DNA of 64,000 nucleotides from Lysobacterales bacterium (GTDB taxonomy: Bacteria; Pseudomonadota; Gammaproteobacteria; Xanthomonadales; UBA2363), in assembly GCA_035911475.1 (NCBI GenBank), contig JAMHVM010000125.1:18504-82503 (forward strand). The letters run 5' to 3'. Every line of letters begins with the position of its first letter. Positions within the stretch are counted from its first letter, which is position 1. The position numbers and the translations under genes are program-made. The notes beneath the pieces are model-generated. The model saw only the letters and a program-made list of their open reading frames with translations. It did no database searches and was not told where the DNA came from. Positions 23,311-32,450 of this stretch are shown here, one piece after another.

Positions 23311-23326
23311 TGCGAATCCGATCACA
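23311..23326. promoter_or_regulatory. Candidate CRP/Clp binding site upstream of the TonB-dependent receptor
   Basis: TGCGA-N6-TCACA (one mismatch to TGTGA-N6-TCACA), about 145 bp upstream of the start, in an AT-richer tract. Confidence 0.45.
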
Positions 23327-23464
23327 GATGTCGTAAGCAACAACAGGGCGGTGTGGTGCTGCCATCCGAGGCTGCAACGGCCGGCGGCTGCGGTGCGCGC
23401 TGGCCAAGAACTCGAGAGGCGGGTGGACGGCCGCGATACCGGCGCGCCCACCGATTCCATGGCG

Positions 23465-24238
23465 CTACTTGGTGGTGTAGCCGCCGTTGGCCAGGATGGT
23501 CTGGCCGGTCATCCACCATCCATCGGTGACCAGATGACGGATCAGCGGCACGATGTCCTCGATGTCGGTGAGGCCGGTCTTGCTGAAGGGCGACAGCGCC
23601 GCCGCGCTCTTGTGATAGGCGACGGCATCGGCACCTTCCTGGCCGTAGAAGAAGGGCGTGTCCATCGGTCCCGGCCCGACGGCGGTCACCGAAATGCCGC
23701 GGGCACCGAACTCCTTGGCGGCAGCGCGGGTGAAGTGTTCCACCGGCGCCTTGGCGCCCGCGTACGAGGCATAGAAGGGTGTGAAAGCGCCCAGCAGCGA
23801 GGTCACCACGGTCAGTACCTTGCCGTTGTCGGCCAGCTTCTTGCCGGCTTCCTGCAGGAAGAAGAAGGCGGCCTTGCTGTTGATCGCGAACATGGTGTCG
23901 TATTCGGCCTCGCTGATCTCCGCGATCGGCTTCTTCAGCACCATGCCGACGGTGTTGATGGCGATGTCGATGTTGCCGAATGCGGCCAGGGTGTCGTCGA
24001 ACAGTCGTGTCACATTGGCCGGAACGGTGAGGTCGCCCTGCACGGCAATCGCCTTGGCGCCAGCCGCTTTGACTGCGGCGACGGTGGCTTCGGCATCGGC
24101 GCGGGAGGCGTCGCTGTTGTAGTGCACGGCGACGGCCCGGGCGCCACGTTCGGCGAAGTCACGGGCGATCAGCCCGCCCAGGTTCTTGGCGCCGCCGGCG
24201 ATGAGGACGACCTTGTCGGTCAGGGAATGGTCGGTCAT
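23465..24238 (-). CDS. SDR family oxidoreductase
   Basis: AGGAKNLGG cofactor loop, YAGAK (YxxxK), GPGPMDTPFF; start ATG 24238. Confidence 0.92.
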   Translation of the reverse strand: MTDHSLTDKVVLIAGGAKNLGGLIARDFAERGARAVAVHYNSDASRADAEATVAAVKAAGAKAIAVQGDLTVPANVTRLFDDTLAAFGNIDIAINTVGMVLKKPIAEISEAEYDTMFAINSKAAFFFLQEAGKKLADNGKVLTVVTSLLGAFTPFYASYAGAKAPVEHFTRAAAKEFGARGISVTAVGPGPMDTPFFYGQEGADAVAYHKSAAALSPFSKTGLTDIEDIVPLIRHLVTDGWWMTGQTILANGGYTTK

Positions 24239-24486
24239 GAGGTGTTCTCGCGGGTTGGGTGGTTGAGAAGGGCCGCTGTTGCCATCCGGCACCAGGGTGC
24301 TGCCGGGTGGTGGTGGCGAATGGCAACAGCGTGTTCTTGTGGATATTTTCGGCCGGGCCGGAGCGGCGCCTGAACCGGCATGCCGCGCGTGGGAAAAGCG
24401 GCGCGCAACGGTTGACCTGCGGCGGCTCGCCACCGTCTCGGGCGTTCCCGTAAGCTTCCGGCAAAGGCTGGGATGGCGCTGTCGAA

Positions 24487-25416
24487 ATGTCCGGGTTCCT
24501 GTCAGATCCTGCGGCCGCTGGCCGCGCAACCGGCACCTCGGGCGCTGTTGGCGCAGCGGCCACGCAGGCTCGGCGCGTACTGGTCGATGGCGGCTGGCCG
24601 GGACTGGCGCTGCGTCTGTGCCGGGAGGACATCCGCCGCGGCAGCGATTGGAGCATCCACCCCCAGGGACATGTGCTGGTGGTCCATCTGGCCGGTGTCA
24701 TGCAGTCCTTGCACACGTGCATCGAAGGCGTCGGCACCCGCAACCGGGTCGCCCGTCCGGGCGAGGTCTGGCTGGTGCCCCCGGGACAGCGCTACCAGGG
24801 CCAGGCTAGTGGTCGGCAGATCGCATACGTCGAACTGGAGCTGGCGCCGGACGCGACGGTGGACCTGCCGGGCAGCGAACGCTGCGGCCGGCTGGATGCG
24901 CTGCCGCCTCGCCTCGGTCGGCGTGATGATTTCCTCGCCGCCTCGGTCCGGCAGCTGGCCCGGCTGCTGCGTGCTGGCGACGACCTGTCGTTGCTGCTCG
25001 CCGACAGTCTGCAGGGAACGCTGCGTCAGCACCTGTGGCGCAGCTATCGCGACGGAGTCGCAGGGTTTGGTCATGGCACGGCCGGTGCCGGCGCGTTTGA
25101 TCGCGCGCTGAGCCGGCGCCTGGTCGATTACATCCAGGACCATCTGGATCAGCGCATCGTCCTGGCCGAACTGGCGGCGATCGCCGGGATGACGGTGCAT
25201 CGTCTGCTGGCCGGCTTCCGCGACAGCTTCGGCACCAGTCCGGCGCAATACATCCTGGATCGGCGGGTCGAGCGGGCCTGCCGGCTGCTGGCCTCGCCCC
25301 ATCAAGGCATCGCCGACGTCGCCCTGGCGACGGGGTTCTCCAGCCACAGCCATTTCACCGCCGCCTTTCGCCGGCGCACAGGGCTGACCCCGCAGCAGTT
25401 CCGGATCCGACGCTGA
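24487..25416 (+). CDS. AraC family transcriptional regulator
   Basis: C-terminal HTH LAELAAIAGM...IADVALATGFSSHSHFTAAFRRRTGLTP; divergent from the SDR; true start may be further downstream. Confidence 0.88.
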   Translation: MSGFLSDPAAAGRATGTSGAVGAAATQARRVLVDGGWPGLALRLCREDIRRGSDWSIHPQGHVLVVHLAGVMQSLHTCIEGVGTRNRVARPGEVWLVPPGQRYQGQASGRQIAYVELELAPDATVDLPGSERCGRLDALPPRLGRRDDFLAASVRQLARLLRAGDDLSLLLADSLQGTLRQHLWRSYRDGVAGFGHGTAGAGAFDRALSRRLVDYIQDHLDQRIVLAELAAIAGMTVHRLLAGFRDSFGTSPAQYILDRRVERACRLLASPHQGIADVALATGFSSHSHFTAAFRRRTGLTPQQFRIRR

Positions 25417-25534
25417 CCAACCGGCGACCAGCGGTCAGCGGCCCGCGCAGATCGGCAAGCACGTTATCTGCGAGGCGGAACCGGGACCCATCGGCTGCTT
25501 CAAGACAGTTGCATCAAAATGTCTTACAAACGTA

Positions 25535-25563
25535 TTGCATTCGAGTTTTGATTGTCGTAAACT
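25535..25563 (+). promoter_or_regulatory. Putative sigma70 promoter of the RHH-pspA-yqiJ-flotillin operon
   Basis: TTGCAT-N17-TAAACT in an AT-rich tract; nearby TGTCTTACA / CGTATTGCA / TGTCGTAAA could be RHH operator half-sites. Confidence 0.5.
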
Positions 25564-25592
25564 CCCCGTCGATCCGCGAACGGCGAACCCTC

Positions 25593-26129
25593 ATGGCCAA
25601 GCAAACCGTCACCCTGCGACTGGACGAAGACGACCTCACCTACCTGGCGCGCACGCAGGTGCCCGGCGCCGGCAACCTCAGCGAGAAGATCCGCGCGCTG
25701 CTGGCCCAGGCGCGTGCCCAGCAGGAAGGCCTGCGCGACGACAGCGCCGCCTACGCCTTCGCGCGGCAACTGCTGGAGGCGCCTGATCGCAGCATTCGCC
25801 AGGCCGAGATCCAGACCCGCATGCGCTCGGAACTGGTGGCACGTACGTTGGCCTGGCTGCCCGATGCGATCGCCTATGTGCTTGCTGGCGCCGGCCAGTT
25901 CGACAGCGGCGGCACCGAAACCGACCGGCGCCAACAGGCGCTGCGCGATTTCGAAGCCGGCCTTGGCGAGCGTGTGCTTGCGCTCACCGATTCCGTGCTG
26001 CAGCTTGCCCAGGCCGGATTTCCCGGCTGTTATTCACCGCAGTCTCTCGCGACCCGTGCACAATCCACGCTCGGCCTGGCCGCGCGAGCCGCAATCGCAT
26101 CCGATTCCGAATCCCTTCCTGAGGAGTAA
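25593..26129 (+). CDS. Protein with N-terminal ribbon-helix-helix (CopG-like) DNA-binding domain
   Basis: MAKQTVTLRLDEDDLTYLA...NLSEKIRALL beta-alpha-alpha pattern; first gene of the operon. Confidence 0.7.
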   Translation: MAKQTVTLRLDEDDLTYLARTQVPGAGNLSEKIRALLAQARAQQEGLRDDSAAYAFARQLLEAPDRSIRQAEIQTRMRSELVARTLAWLPDAIAYVLAGAGQFDSGGTETDRRQQALRDFEAGLGERVLALTDSVLQLAQAGFPGCYSPQSLATRAQSTLGLAARAAIASDSESLPEE

Positions 26130-26133
26130 CGCC

Positions 26134-26814
26134 ATGAGCGAATCATTGACCAGCCGCGTCGGCCGCCTGATCGCCGGCAGTTTCCACGCCCTCGTCGATG
26201 CGGTTGAGAACGCCGCGCCGGAAGCGGTGATGGAGCAGGCCATCCGCGAGATCGACAGCGCCATCACCGATGTCCGCGCCGATCTCGGCACGGTAGAAGC
26301 GCAGCGGCATCTCACCGCGCGCCGGCTGGCCGACGACAGCGCCCGGCAGGAGCAGCTGGGCGAACAGGCCCGGCTGGCGCTGGACCAGGGCCGCGACGAC
26401 CTTGCCAGTGCCGCCGTCGAGCGGCAGATCGATCTGGAAGCGCAGTTGCCGGTACTGGAGTCGCGTCTGGCCGAACTGGCCGACGAGAAGAACCGGCTGG
26501 AGGGCTACATCACCGCGCTGCAGGCCAAGAAGCGGGAGATGCGCGATGCGCTGGCCGAGTACCGCAAGGCCAGCGAGCAGGCGGCATCGGGCACCGGCAG
26601 CGCCACCGGCAGCAGTCGCGCCGGTGAGCATGTGCAGGATCGCGCCGGTCGCGCCAGCGATGCCTTCGACCGCATCTTTCAGCGCAAGACCGGCTTGAAG
26701 GGCACCAGTGGCGCGTCCGACGGCAACGCCGCGCAATTGGCGGAGCTGGAGGAGCTGGCGCGCCGGAACCGGATCGCCGAGCGGCTGGCGCAGCTCAAGG
26801 CCGACAAGTCCTGA
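26134..26814 (+). CDS. PspA/IM30 (Vipp1) family protein
   Basis: VENAAPEAVMEQAIREID N-terminus, long coiled coil, C-terminal LAELEE...IAERLAQLK; RBS GAGGAG. Confidence 0.9.
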   Translation: MSESLTSRVGRLIAGSFHALVDAVENAAPEAVMEQAIREIDSAITDVRADLGTVEAQRHLTARRLADDSARQEQLGEQARLALDQGRDDLASAAVERQIDLEAQLPVLESRLAELADEKNRLEGYITALQAKKREMRDALAEYRKASEQAASGTGSATGSSRAGEHVQDRAGRASDAFDRIFQRKTGLKGTSGASDGNAAQLAELEELARRNRIAERLAQLKADKS

Positions 26815-26865
26815 CCGATCGGCACGCCGATTCGTCGAGAGCCCGATCTGCCAGGAGGTCAAGCG

Positions 26866-27111
26866 ATGAAGGAGACCAATCGAGGCGAGCCGCCGGCCGT
26901 GCCAGGTAGCGAAATGGCGCTGGGACTGGGACTGGGGGTCGCGATCGGAGCCGGTCTGGGTACCGCACTCGGCAATCTCGCGCTTGGTGTAGGCATTGGC
27001 ATTGCCGTTGGTGCCGGCTTCGGCGCTGCGTTGCGGGCCAAAGCACGCGCACGCTCAGGAGCTAGCGACCCGGTCAATACCGATCCCGATCGGCATTCCG
27101 GGAATGATTGA
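26866..27111 (+). CDS. Small glycine-zipper membrane protein
   Basis: RBS AGGAGG; GLGLGVAIGAGLGTALGNLALGVGIGIAVGAGFGAAL hydrophobic hairpin. Confidence 0.7.
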   Translation: MKETNRGEPPAVPGSEMALGLGLGVAIGAGLGTALGNLALGVGIGIAVGAGFGAALRAKARARSGASDPVNTDPDRHSGND

Positions 27112-27138
27112 ACCGTTGCTGCGGAGGAGCCAACCCTG

Positions 27139-27843
27139 ATGAGCTGGATGACGCTTGCTGGCAACGCGCCGTTCGTGATCGCGCTGCTGGTGATGTTCGG
27201 CCTGGCGATCGTGGAGCTGATCGCGCTGGTGACCGGTTTCAGCCTCAACGACATCGTCGACGAGTACGTGATCTCGCACAGCGGCATCGAGACCGTCGGC
27301 GATGCTGCCACCGGCATGGAGGCTACCGGCAGCGCCGATGCCCAGGGTGTGGTCGCACGCTTCTTGGCCTGGCTGTATGTCGGCAAGGTGCCGGTGCTGA
27401 TGATGCTGATCGTGTTCCTGACCGTGTTCGGTCTGTTCGGCCTGATCGGCCAGGGCATCGTTCGCAGTTTCACGGGTGGCTACGCCGTCCCGGCGATCCT
27501 GGCCGCGCCGGCGGTTGTGGTCTTGTGCCTGCCGCTGGTGCGCTGGTTTACCGGCGGGCTGGCGCGGATCCTGCCGCGCGACGAAACCAGCGCGGTCAGT
27601 GCCGAGACCTTTGTCGGTCACACGGCCCGGATCACCGGCGGTGAAGCGCGCGCCGGCCTGCCGGCGCAGGCGCGCATCACCGACCGCTTCGGCACCGACC
27701 ACTACGTGCTGGTCGAGCCGGATTCGGCGGATGAGCGCTTCCTCACCGGCGACATCGTGCTGCTGGTGCGGCGTTCGGCCGGTGGTCGCTTTGTCGCCAT
27801 CGCCAACCCCAACCAGGCGCTGGTCGACGAGCCACCGCCCTGA
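27139..27843 (+). CDS. YqiJ-like inner membrane protein with C-terminal NfeD-type OB fold
   Basis: NAPFVIALLVM, WLYVGKVPVLMML, PRDETSAVS, AQARITDRFGTDHYVLVEP; immediately precedes a flotillin. Confidence 0.85.
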   Translation: MSWMTLAGNAPFVIALLVMFGLAIVELIALVTGFSLNDIVDEYVISHSGIETVGDAATGMEATGSADAQGVVARFLAWLYVGKVPVLMMLIVFLTVFGLFGLIGQGIVRSFTGGYAVPAILAAPAVVVLCLPLVRWFTGGLARILPRDETSAVSAETFVGHTARITGGEARAGLPAQARITDRFGTDHYVLVEPDSADERFLTGDIVLLVRRSAGGRFVAIANPNQALVDEPPP

Positions 27844-27931
27844 TCGGGCTGGCCCGCGTCCGCCGAGACCGGCGTTTATCCTGTTTTCCCTGAAACACCT
27901 GCCTGTTCCCTGAAATCCGGAGACCTGTCGA

Positions 27932-29614
27932 ATGGACTTCAACATCCCCTACGCATCGATCATCGTTCCAGCCGTGGTCATCCTGATCGCGCTGTTCACG
28001 CTGGGCCTGATCTTTGCCCGGCTGTACCACCGCGCCAGCAAGGAAGTCGCCTTCGTGCGCACCGGACTGGGTGGCGAAAAGGTGGTGCGCGATGGCGGCG
28101 CGCTGGTGCTGCCGGTGTTGCACGAGATCATTCCGGTCAACATGAACACGCTCAAGCTGGAAGTGCTGCGGGCCCGAGATGCCGCGCTGATCACGCGTGA
28201 CCGCATGCGCGTGGACGTGCAGGCCGAGTTCTATGTCCGCGTGAAACCGGATGCGCAGGCGATCTCGACCGCGGCGCAGACCCTGGGTCGGCGCACCATG
28301 GAGCCACAGGCACTGAAGGAACTGGTAGAGGGCAAGTTCGTCGACGCGCTGCGCGCGGTCGCTGCCGGCATGAGCATGGAAGAGCTGCACGAGAACCGTG
28401 TCGACTTCGCCCAGAAGGTGCAGGTCGCGGTCGCCGAGGACCTGCACAAGAACGGCCTGGAGCTGGAATCGGTGTCGCTGACGGGTCTGGACCAGACCGC
28501 CGCCGACTTCTTCAATCCGCAGAACGCCTTCGACGCCCAGGGCCTGACCAAGCTGACCCAGGAGATCGAGCGTCGGCGCAAGGAGCGCAACGACATCGAG
28601 CGCGACACCAAGATCCAGATCGAGCTGAAGAATCTGGAGACCGAACGGCAGTCGCTGGAGATCGCCCGCGACGGCGAATACGCGCGGCTGCTGCAGGATC
28701 AGGAAGTGAAGGTGCGCGCGGCGGAAGCCTCGGCGCTGATTGCCCAGCAGGAAGCCGAACGTCATCGCGAGGCCGAGCAGGCCAAGATCGGCGCCGACCG
28801 CGCCATTGCCGAGGCCAACATCGAGAAGCGGCGCCTGGTCGAGCAGCGCGAGATCGAGCGCGAGCGGGCGGTGCGCATCGCCGACCAGGAACGCGAGATC
28901 GCGGTGTCGCAGAAGTCGCAGGAGGAATCGGCGGCCAAGGCGATCGCCGACGAAGCCCTGGCCAAGGCGGTTGCCGCCGAGGAAGAGGTCAAGAAGGTGC
29001 GCGAGACGGCGGTCGCCGAGCGTTCCAAGGCGGTGCGCCTGGTGCAGGCGCGCGAGCAGGCCGAGCAGGACGCCATCGCGATCACGGTCGCGGCCGACGC
29101 CGAGAAGAAGGCGGCCGATGACCGCGCCGAAGCCATCCGCATTGCCGCCACTGCCGACGCCGATGCCATCCGTATCCGCGCGCTGGCCGACGAGGAGCGC
29201 TACCGGGTCGAGGCCGACGGTCAGCGGGCGATCAACGAGGCACGCAACGCGCTCAACGACGCCCAGATCAGCCTGGAAACCAAGCTGGAGCTGCTGCGCC
29301 GCCTGCCGCAGATCATCGAGGAGTCGGTCAAGCCGATGCAGCGCATCGACGGCATCAAGATCGTCGATGTGCGCGGCATGGGTGCGGTGGCCGGTGGCGG
29401 CGCCGGGTCCAGCAGCGACAGCGGATCCGGTGGTGGCAATCTCGCCAGTTCGGTGGTCGATCACGCCCTGCGCTATCGCGCGCAGCGGCCGCTGGTCGAT
29501 GCCCTGCTCAAGGAGGTCGGTCTGGATCTGGGTGACCTGGGCGGTCTGGTCAATCCGCCGGATACACCATCCGGGGAAACCGATTCCGACAGTACCCACG
29601 CCAGCTCCTCCTGA
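27932..29614 (+). CDS. Flotillin/SPFH domain protein (YqiK-like)
   Basis: N-terminal TM, AFVRTGLGGEKVV, LITRDRMRVDVQAEFYVRV, NGLELESVSLT, long AEA/ERE coiled coil, IDGIKIVDV. Confidence 0.92.
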   Translation: MDFNIPYASIIVPAVVILIALFTLGLIFARLYHRASKEVAFVRTGLGGEKVVRDGGALVLPVLHEIIPVNMNTLKLEVLRARDAALITRDRMRVDVQAEFYVRVKPDAQAISTAAQTLGRRTMEPQALKELVEGKFVDALRAVAAGMSMEELHENRVDFAQKVQVAVAEDLHKNGLELESVSLTGLDQTAADFFNPQNAFDAQGLTKLTQEIERRRKERNDIERDTKIQIELKNLETERQSLEIARDGEYARLLQDQEVKVRAAEASALIAQQEAERHREAEQAKIGADRAIAEANIEKRRLVEQREIERERAVRIADQEREIAVSQKSQEESAAKAIADEALAKAVAAEEEVKKVRETAVAERSKAVRLVQAREQAEQDAIAITVAADAEKKAADDRAEAIRIAATADADAIRIRALADEERYRVEADGQRAINEARNALNDAQISLETKLELLRRLPQIIEESVKPMQRIDGIKIVDVRGMGAVAGGGAGSSSDSGSGGGNLASSVVDHALRYRAQRPLVDALLKEVGLDLGDLGGLVNPPDTPSGETDSDSTHASSS

Positions 29615-29736
29615 TCCCGAACACGGGTCATTGCCGCGCACGGGAGAAGGTTGCAGCCATTCCCCGTCGCCAAGCCGGTTGAATGGTTTATCCCGCGCGC
29701 GGGAGACCGTGGTTGGAGCCATCACGATCCTGAGCA

Positions 29737-29890
29737 CCCCTTCTCCCAGCTTGCCGGGAGAAGGGGCCCGAAGGGCAGATGAGGGGGGCCGTTCCAGCTC
29801 GCGATGACGTTCGGTGAAGGCTGAGGCCAGCGTGCGCCAGCCCCTCACCCGGCGCTTCGCGCCACCCTCTCCCCGCAGGCGGGGAGAGGG
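29737..29890. repeat. Palindromic MITE/REP-like element with terminal hairpins in inverted orientation
   Basis: Left CCCCTTCTCCC-N8-GGGAGAAGGGG + CCCGAAGGGCAGATGAGGGG; right CCCCTCACCCGGCGCTTCGCGCCA + CCCTCTCCCCGCAGGCGGGGAGAGGG; the two halves are imperfect inverted copies; lies between convergent genes. Confidence 0.75.
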
Positions 29891-29917
29891 GAAAGGCCAG
29901 CTGCTCGCGGACGCGCG

Positions 29918-32314
29918 CTACAGGTTCTGGTCCAGCCAGCGGATGCGTTGCCGCAACCAGTCCTTGAGGTAGGCGACCTCACCGGCATGCGAGCCGGCGA
30001 TCACCGCGTTGGGCCAGCCGTAGGTCTCCAGGTGGCCCCAGATGGCGAAGTTCTCGTCGGCGGCATCGCCCATCAGGGCCACCTCGTCATCGATCCAGGT
30101 TTCCACCGCGTCAATGAGCGCAGGCCGCGACGCGTCCCAGTGCGCGCGCACTGCCGCCGCGAACACCGGATCCTGGAACAGGCGCCAGTACCAGAGGCCA
30201 CCGCGGATGTGGAAGCCGCGCGGGTCGGAATTGGTGCTGTAGTTGATGTTGCCGGCGGCGATGTCGAAGTCCCACAAGGGGCCGCGCTTGAGCAGTCCGC
30301 CGCGGTCCTTGTACATCCAGATGCTGCTCCAGTCGCGCGCGTCCTGGTTCTTCATCAGTTCGTTGGCCAGGTAGTACTGCGCGTAGCTTTCCGGGTCCAG
30401 CCAGGCGCTGTAGCCGCTGACCGGATCAGCGTAGTCCGGGCCGTACAGGACGTTCTCGGCGTCCTGCACGTAGGTGCTGATGTAGTCGTACTGCGCCGGC
30501 ACGATGTCGCCATCGCCCGGCGTGTCGATGCACACCGGCACGCCGCGCGTGGTCTCGAAGAACACCTCCGGCTCGCAGTCGCGCCAGTTGTCGATCTCCA
30601 TCAGGTAGCCGCCGGTGATGCTCACCGGATCGGTGTCGCCCGGTTCCAGTTCGACGATGTCCACGCGATTACCGCCGATGCGGATGTGCTCGGCGAGCTG
30701 GTAGACGCCGCGCGGCTGGCCGTTGAGCACCAGCTCGACCTGCACCGAGCGCGGATTCCAGGCCATGTCCAGGCGCCAGCCGAACTCCATCGCGATCTGG
30801 GTGCGCAGCAGGCTCTTGTCGGTGTGGTTGGCCAGCAGCACCCAGTGCCGGTTGCCGGGCATGCCCAGCAGCGACGCGCTGGTGTCCAGGCGCAGCCGAT
30901 AGGGTTGCTTGGGCATGTTCCAGGTGCTGTTGCCGCGGCCGCGGATGCCCATGCTGCCGCTGTAGTTGTGCGCCGGGTTGGGTGAGGTGATCTCGATGTC
31001 GGCATCGATGTAGGTCTCGCGATCGACGATCGGCGCACCCCCCGCCGTGGTGATCACCACGATCGGCAGGCTGCTGGACAGCGGCTGCGGTGGAACATCG
31101 GCCGCTTCGAAGTCGTCGGCGAACAGGGTGTCGAAGGGTTCGCCCGGATCCTGATCGGCGGCAACCGTGCGCACCAGCCGGACGCGCGCCATGGATTCCT
31201 TGTCGACACCGAACACGTTGCCTTCGCTGAAGAAGGCGCCCCAGACGGCACGCGGTTCGCCAGCGTGATTGGTCGAGGACCAGTAGACGCCGGGATCGGT
31301 GTTGGCGAACACCGGATCGATCGCCGGCCAGGCGCGATCGCGGCGCAGCAGGCTGGCCAGTTCCTTGATGTTGGGCAGGCGCCAGTCGTCGTGGCCCAGC
31401 CAGTTGGCGTTGTTGCGGTCGCGCACCGCCAGCAGCGCGTCGCGCCACTCGCTGGATTGCGCGTCGCCGCTGCAGGTGGCGTCGTCGTCCTGGCCCAGCG
31501 AGCAGCGACTCCACATCAGACCGGTCTGCGGATCGGTCACGGTGCCGTTGCCATGATCGATCAATGTCACCGGCTTTTCGCCGCCCCGCACCAATCGCGC
31601 GGCGGCCGCACCATGACGCTTGTCGATGGCGTGCACGTAGCCATGCCGATAGTTCACCACCCAGGCAGCGCCTGCCTGCTGGGTTGGCGACTCGTCCGTC
31701 CAGTAATAGCCGGATGTCGTGCCGGGAAAGTTCAGCGCATCAATCGCCGGCAGCCCGGCGCCGAAATGAACCAGGTCGAGCAGTTCCCGTGCCGACGGCA
31801 GGCGCCAGTCGGCATGCCCACACAGCGCCGTGCCGGCGACGTTCGCGTCGACCGCATCACGTCGCGCGCCACGCCAGCTTCGGTCATGCCCGGCGACCAC
31901 CTGCCAGATCAGGCCGGTGACATTGTCCTTCGTGCATGCCCAGTCGCCAGGCCCGCTGCCCAGGGTCGCGCCGGCCGGCAGTTCGCTGCCGTCGTTGGCG
32001 ATCTTGGTGAAGTCGAAACCCGCCGCACCCTGACCGATCTTGACCAGCAGTCCGTCGGCATCGGCGCGATCGCGACCGCTGGCACCGTCCTGACCGGGCC
32101 AGCCCGGATCGTTGCAGAACGCCGGCGGCGCGCTTTCCAGGTCGTAGCAGCTCAGCTGGCCGCTGTCGTTGATGCGCTCCGGCAGTTCTTGTGCGAGCGC
32201 CGGTGTCAAGAACAGGGCAAGCAGAACCGCCATTGCCCGACCGCGTGACCGGTATCCGGCAGCATCGTGACGGCGCAGGAAGGGACGGATGTGAGAGCCA
32301 TTGTGCAACTGCAT
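29918..32314 (-). CDS. Secreted protein: two DUF1566 (Lcl-type) domains + internal DTLFADDFE motif + CotH-family kinase domain
   Basis: KDNVTGLIW...DWRLPSAREL and TDPQTGLMW...DWRLPNIKEL (DUF1566); IRGRGNSTW, WVLLANHTDKSLLR, NELMKNQDA, GPLWDFDIAAG (CotH). Start uncertain (32314 or 32233). Confidence 0.85.
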   Translation of the reverse strand: MQLHNGSHIRPFLRRHDAAGYRSRGRAMAVLLALFLTPALAQELPERINDSGQLSCYDLESAPPAFCNDPGWPGQDGASGRDRADADGLLVKIGQGAAGFDFTKIANDGSELPAGATLGSGPGDWACTKDNVTGLIWQVVAGHDRSWRGARRDAVDANVAGTALCGHADWRLPSARELLDLVHFGAGLPAIDALNFPGTTSGYYWTDESPTQQAGAAWVVNYRHGYVHAIDKRHGAAAARLVRGGEKPVTLIDHGNGTVTDPQTGLMWSRCSLGQDDDATCSGDAQSSEWRDALLAVRDRNNANWLGHDDWRLPNIKELASLLRRDRAWPAIDPVFANTDPGVYWSSTNHAGEPRAVWGAFFSEGNVFGVDKESMARVRLVRTVAADQDPGEPFDTLFADDFEAADVPPQPLSSSLPIVVITTAGGAPIVDRETYIDADIEITSPNPAHNYSGSMGIRGRGNSTWNMPKQPYRLRLDTSASLLGMPGNRHWVLLANHTDKSLLRTQIAMEFGWRLDMAWNPRSVQVELVLNGQPRGVYQLAEHIRIGGNRVDIVELEPGDTDPVSITGGYLMEIDNWRDCEPEVFFETTRGVPVCIDTPGDGDIVPAQYDYISTYVQDAENVLYGPDYADPVSGYSAWLDPESYAQYYLANELMKNQDARDWSSIWMYKDRGGLLKRGPLWDFDIAAGNINYSTNSDPRGFHIRGGLWYWRLFQDPVFAAAVRAHWDASRPALIDAVETWIDDEVALMGDAADENFAIWGHLETYGWPNAVIAGSHAGEVAYLKDWLRQRIRWLDQNL

Positions 32315-32450
32315 GAAGGGAGATCCGACGAGGGGTGTAGTGGGTGTTACGCGAAATCCGTTTTGATGCTGCCCTGCCTGCAGTGGGCACGGCATGGCTC
32401 CAGCATAGGGCAAGGTCGGCCTGCGGCATCGGCCATGCCGGCCCTGAGGG

